Shown in pieces: positions 63,661-64,000 of a DNA stretch of 64,000 nt. The stretch is from contig OX597814.1 of NCBI GenBank assembly GCA_951406725.2, positions 81,220,001-81,284,000 on the forward strand, given 5' to 3'. The translations under genes were made by a program, and so were the position numbers. Below the pieces are notes generated by a model that was not told where the DNA came from, did not search any database, and was given only the letters and a program-made list of their open reading frames with translations. Numbering within the stretch: the first letter of the stretch is position 1; every line of letters starts with the position of its first letter. Origin of the DNA: Octopus vulgaris. Lineage: Eukaryota.

Positions 63661-64000
63661 TATATATATATATATATTTAAAACATGCACACATATACAA
63701 GCACACACTTTTTATTTTTGAGATACAAGACCTCAGATTCTCAAATTTTATGCACAATTGATTACATGAGTGAAATTTGAGTAGACTAAGCAACATAACT
63801 AGATACCACATGGCATTTCGCCTGACATTGTGCTGATTCGACACATCTGCCCTCCTCATACTTACTTATACAATATGGAGTAAACGAGATAACCATATGT
63901 CCATTTAATTCATTTAGTATTGATTTTTAACAAAAACTTTTTCCTTCATACAAAATAAAGTTTATAAAATAAGGCCAATAATTTTAAGCCTTTTACATTT

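Overview
AT-rich, microsatellite-saturated animal genomic DNA. The repeat complement (several tRNA-derived SINE families, RTE LINE ends, a Dong/R4-like LINE, mariner, hAT and piggyBac-like MITEs, a Helitron) looks like a coleoid cephalopod, probably Octopus; this is inferred from remembered repeat sequences, not from a search. No host protein-coding gene can be supported, so the window is probably intergenic or inside a very large intron. Almost all listed ORFs are microsatellite or SINE artefacts. The only recognisable protein sequence is transposon-derived: a restriction-like-endonuclease LINE C-terminus (57800-58790), four RTE LINE 3' fragments and a DD34D mariner remnant. The most interesting observations are: (1) several decayed minimal type I hammerhead-ribozyme motifs of Penelope type, some with very long stem II inserts; (2) a telescoping 66/25/11-nt repeat at an element's 5' junction that looks like repeated reverse-transcriptase template jumping; (3) an exact 66-bp-period array with 132-bp higher-order structure in an RTE 3' UTR; (4) a pile-up of about 13 SINEs and a Dong-like LINE built on (ATT)n tails; (5) a roughly 94-nt hairpin whose stem transitions all remain G-U pairs; (6) a candidate 18-nt microexon. 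SINE family labels A, B, D and E are my own, and SINE boundaries are approximate.
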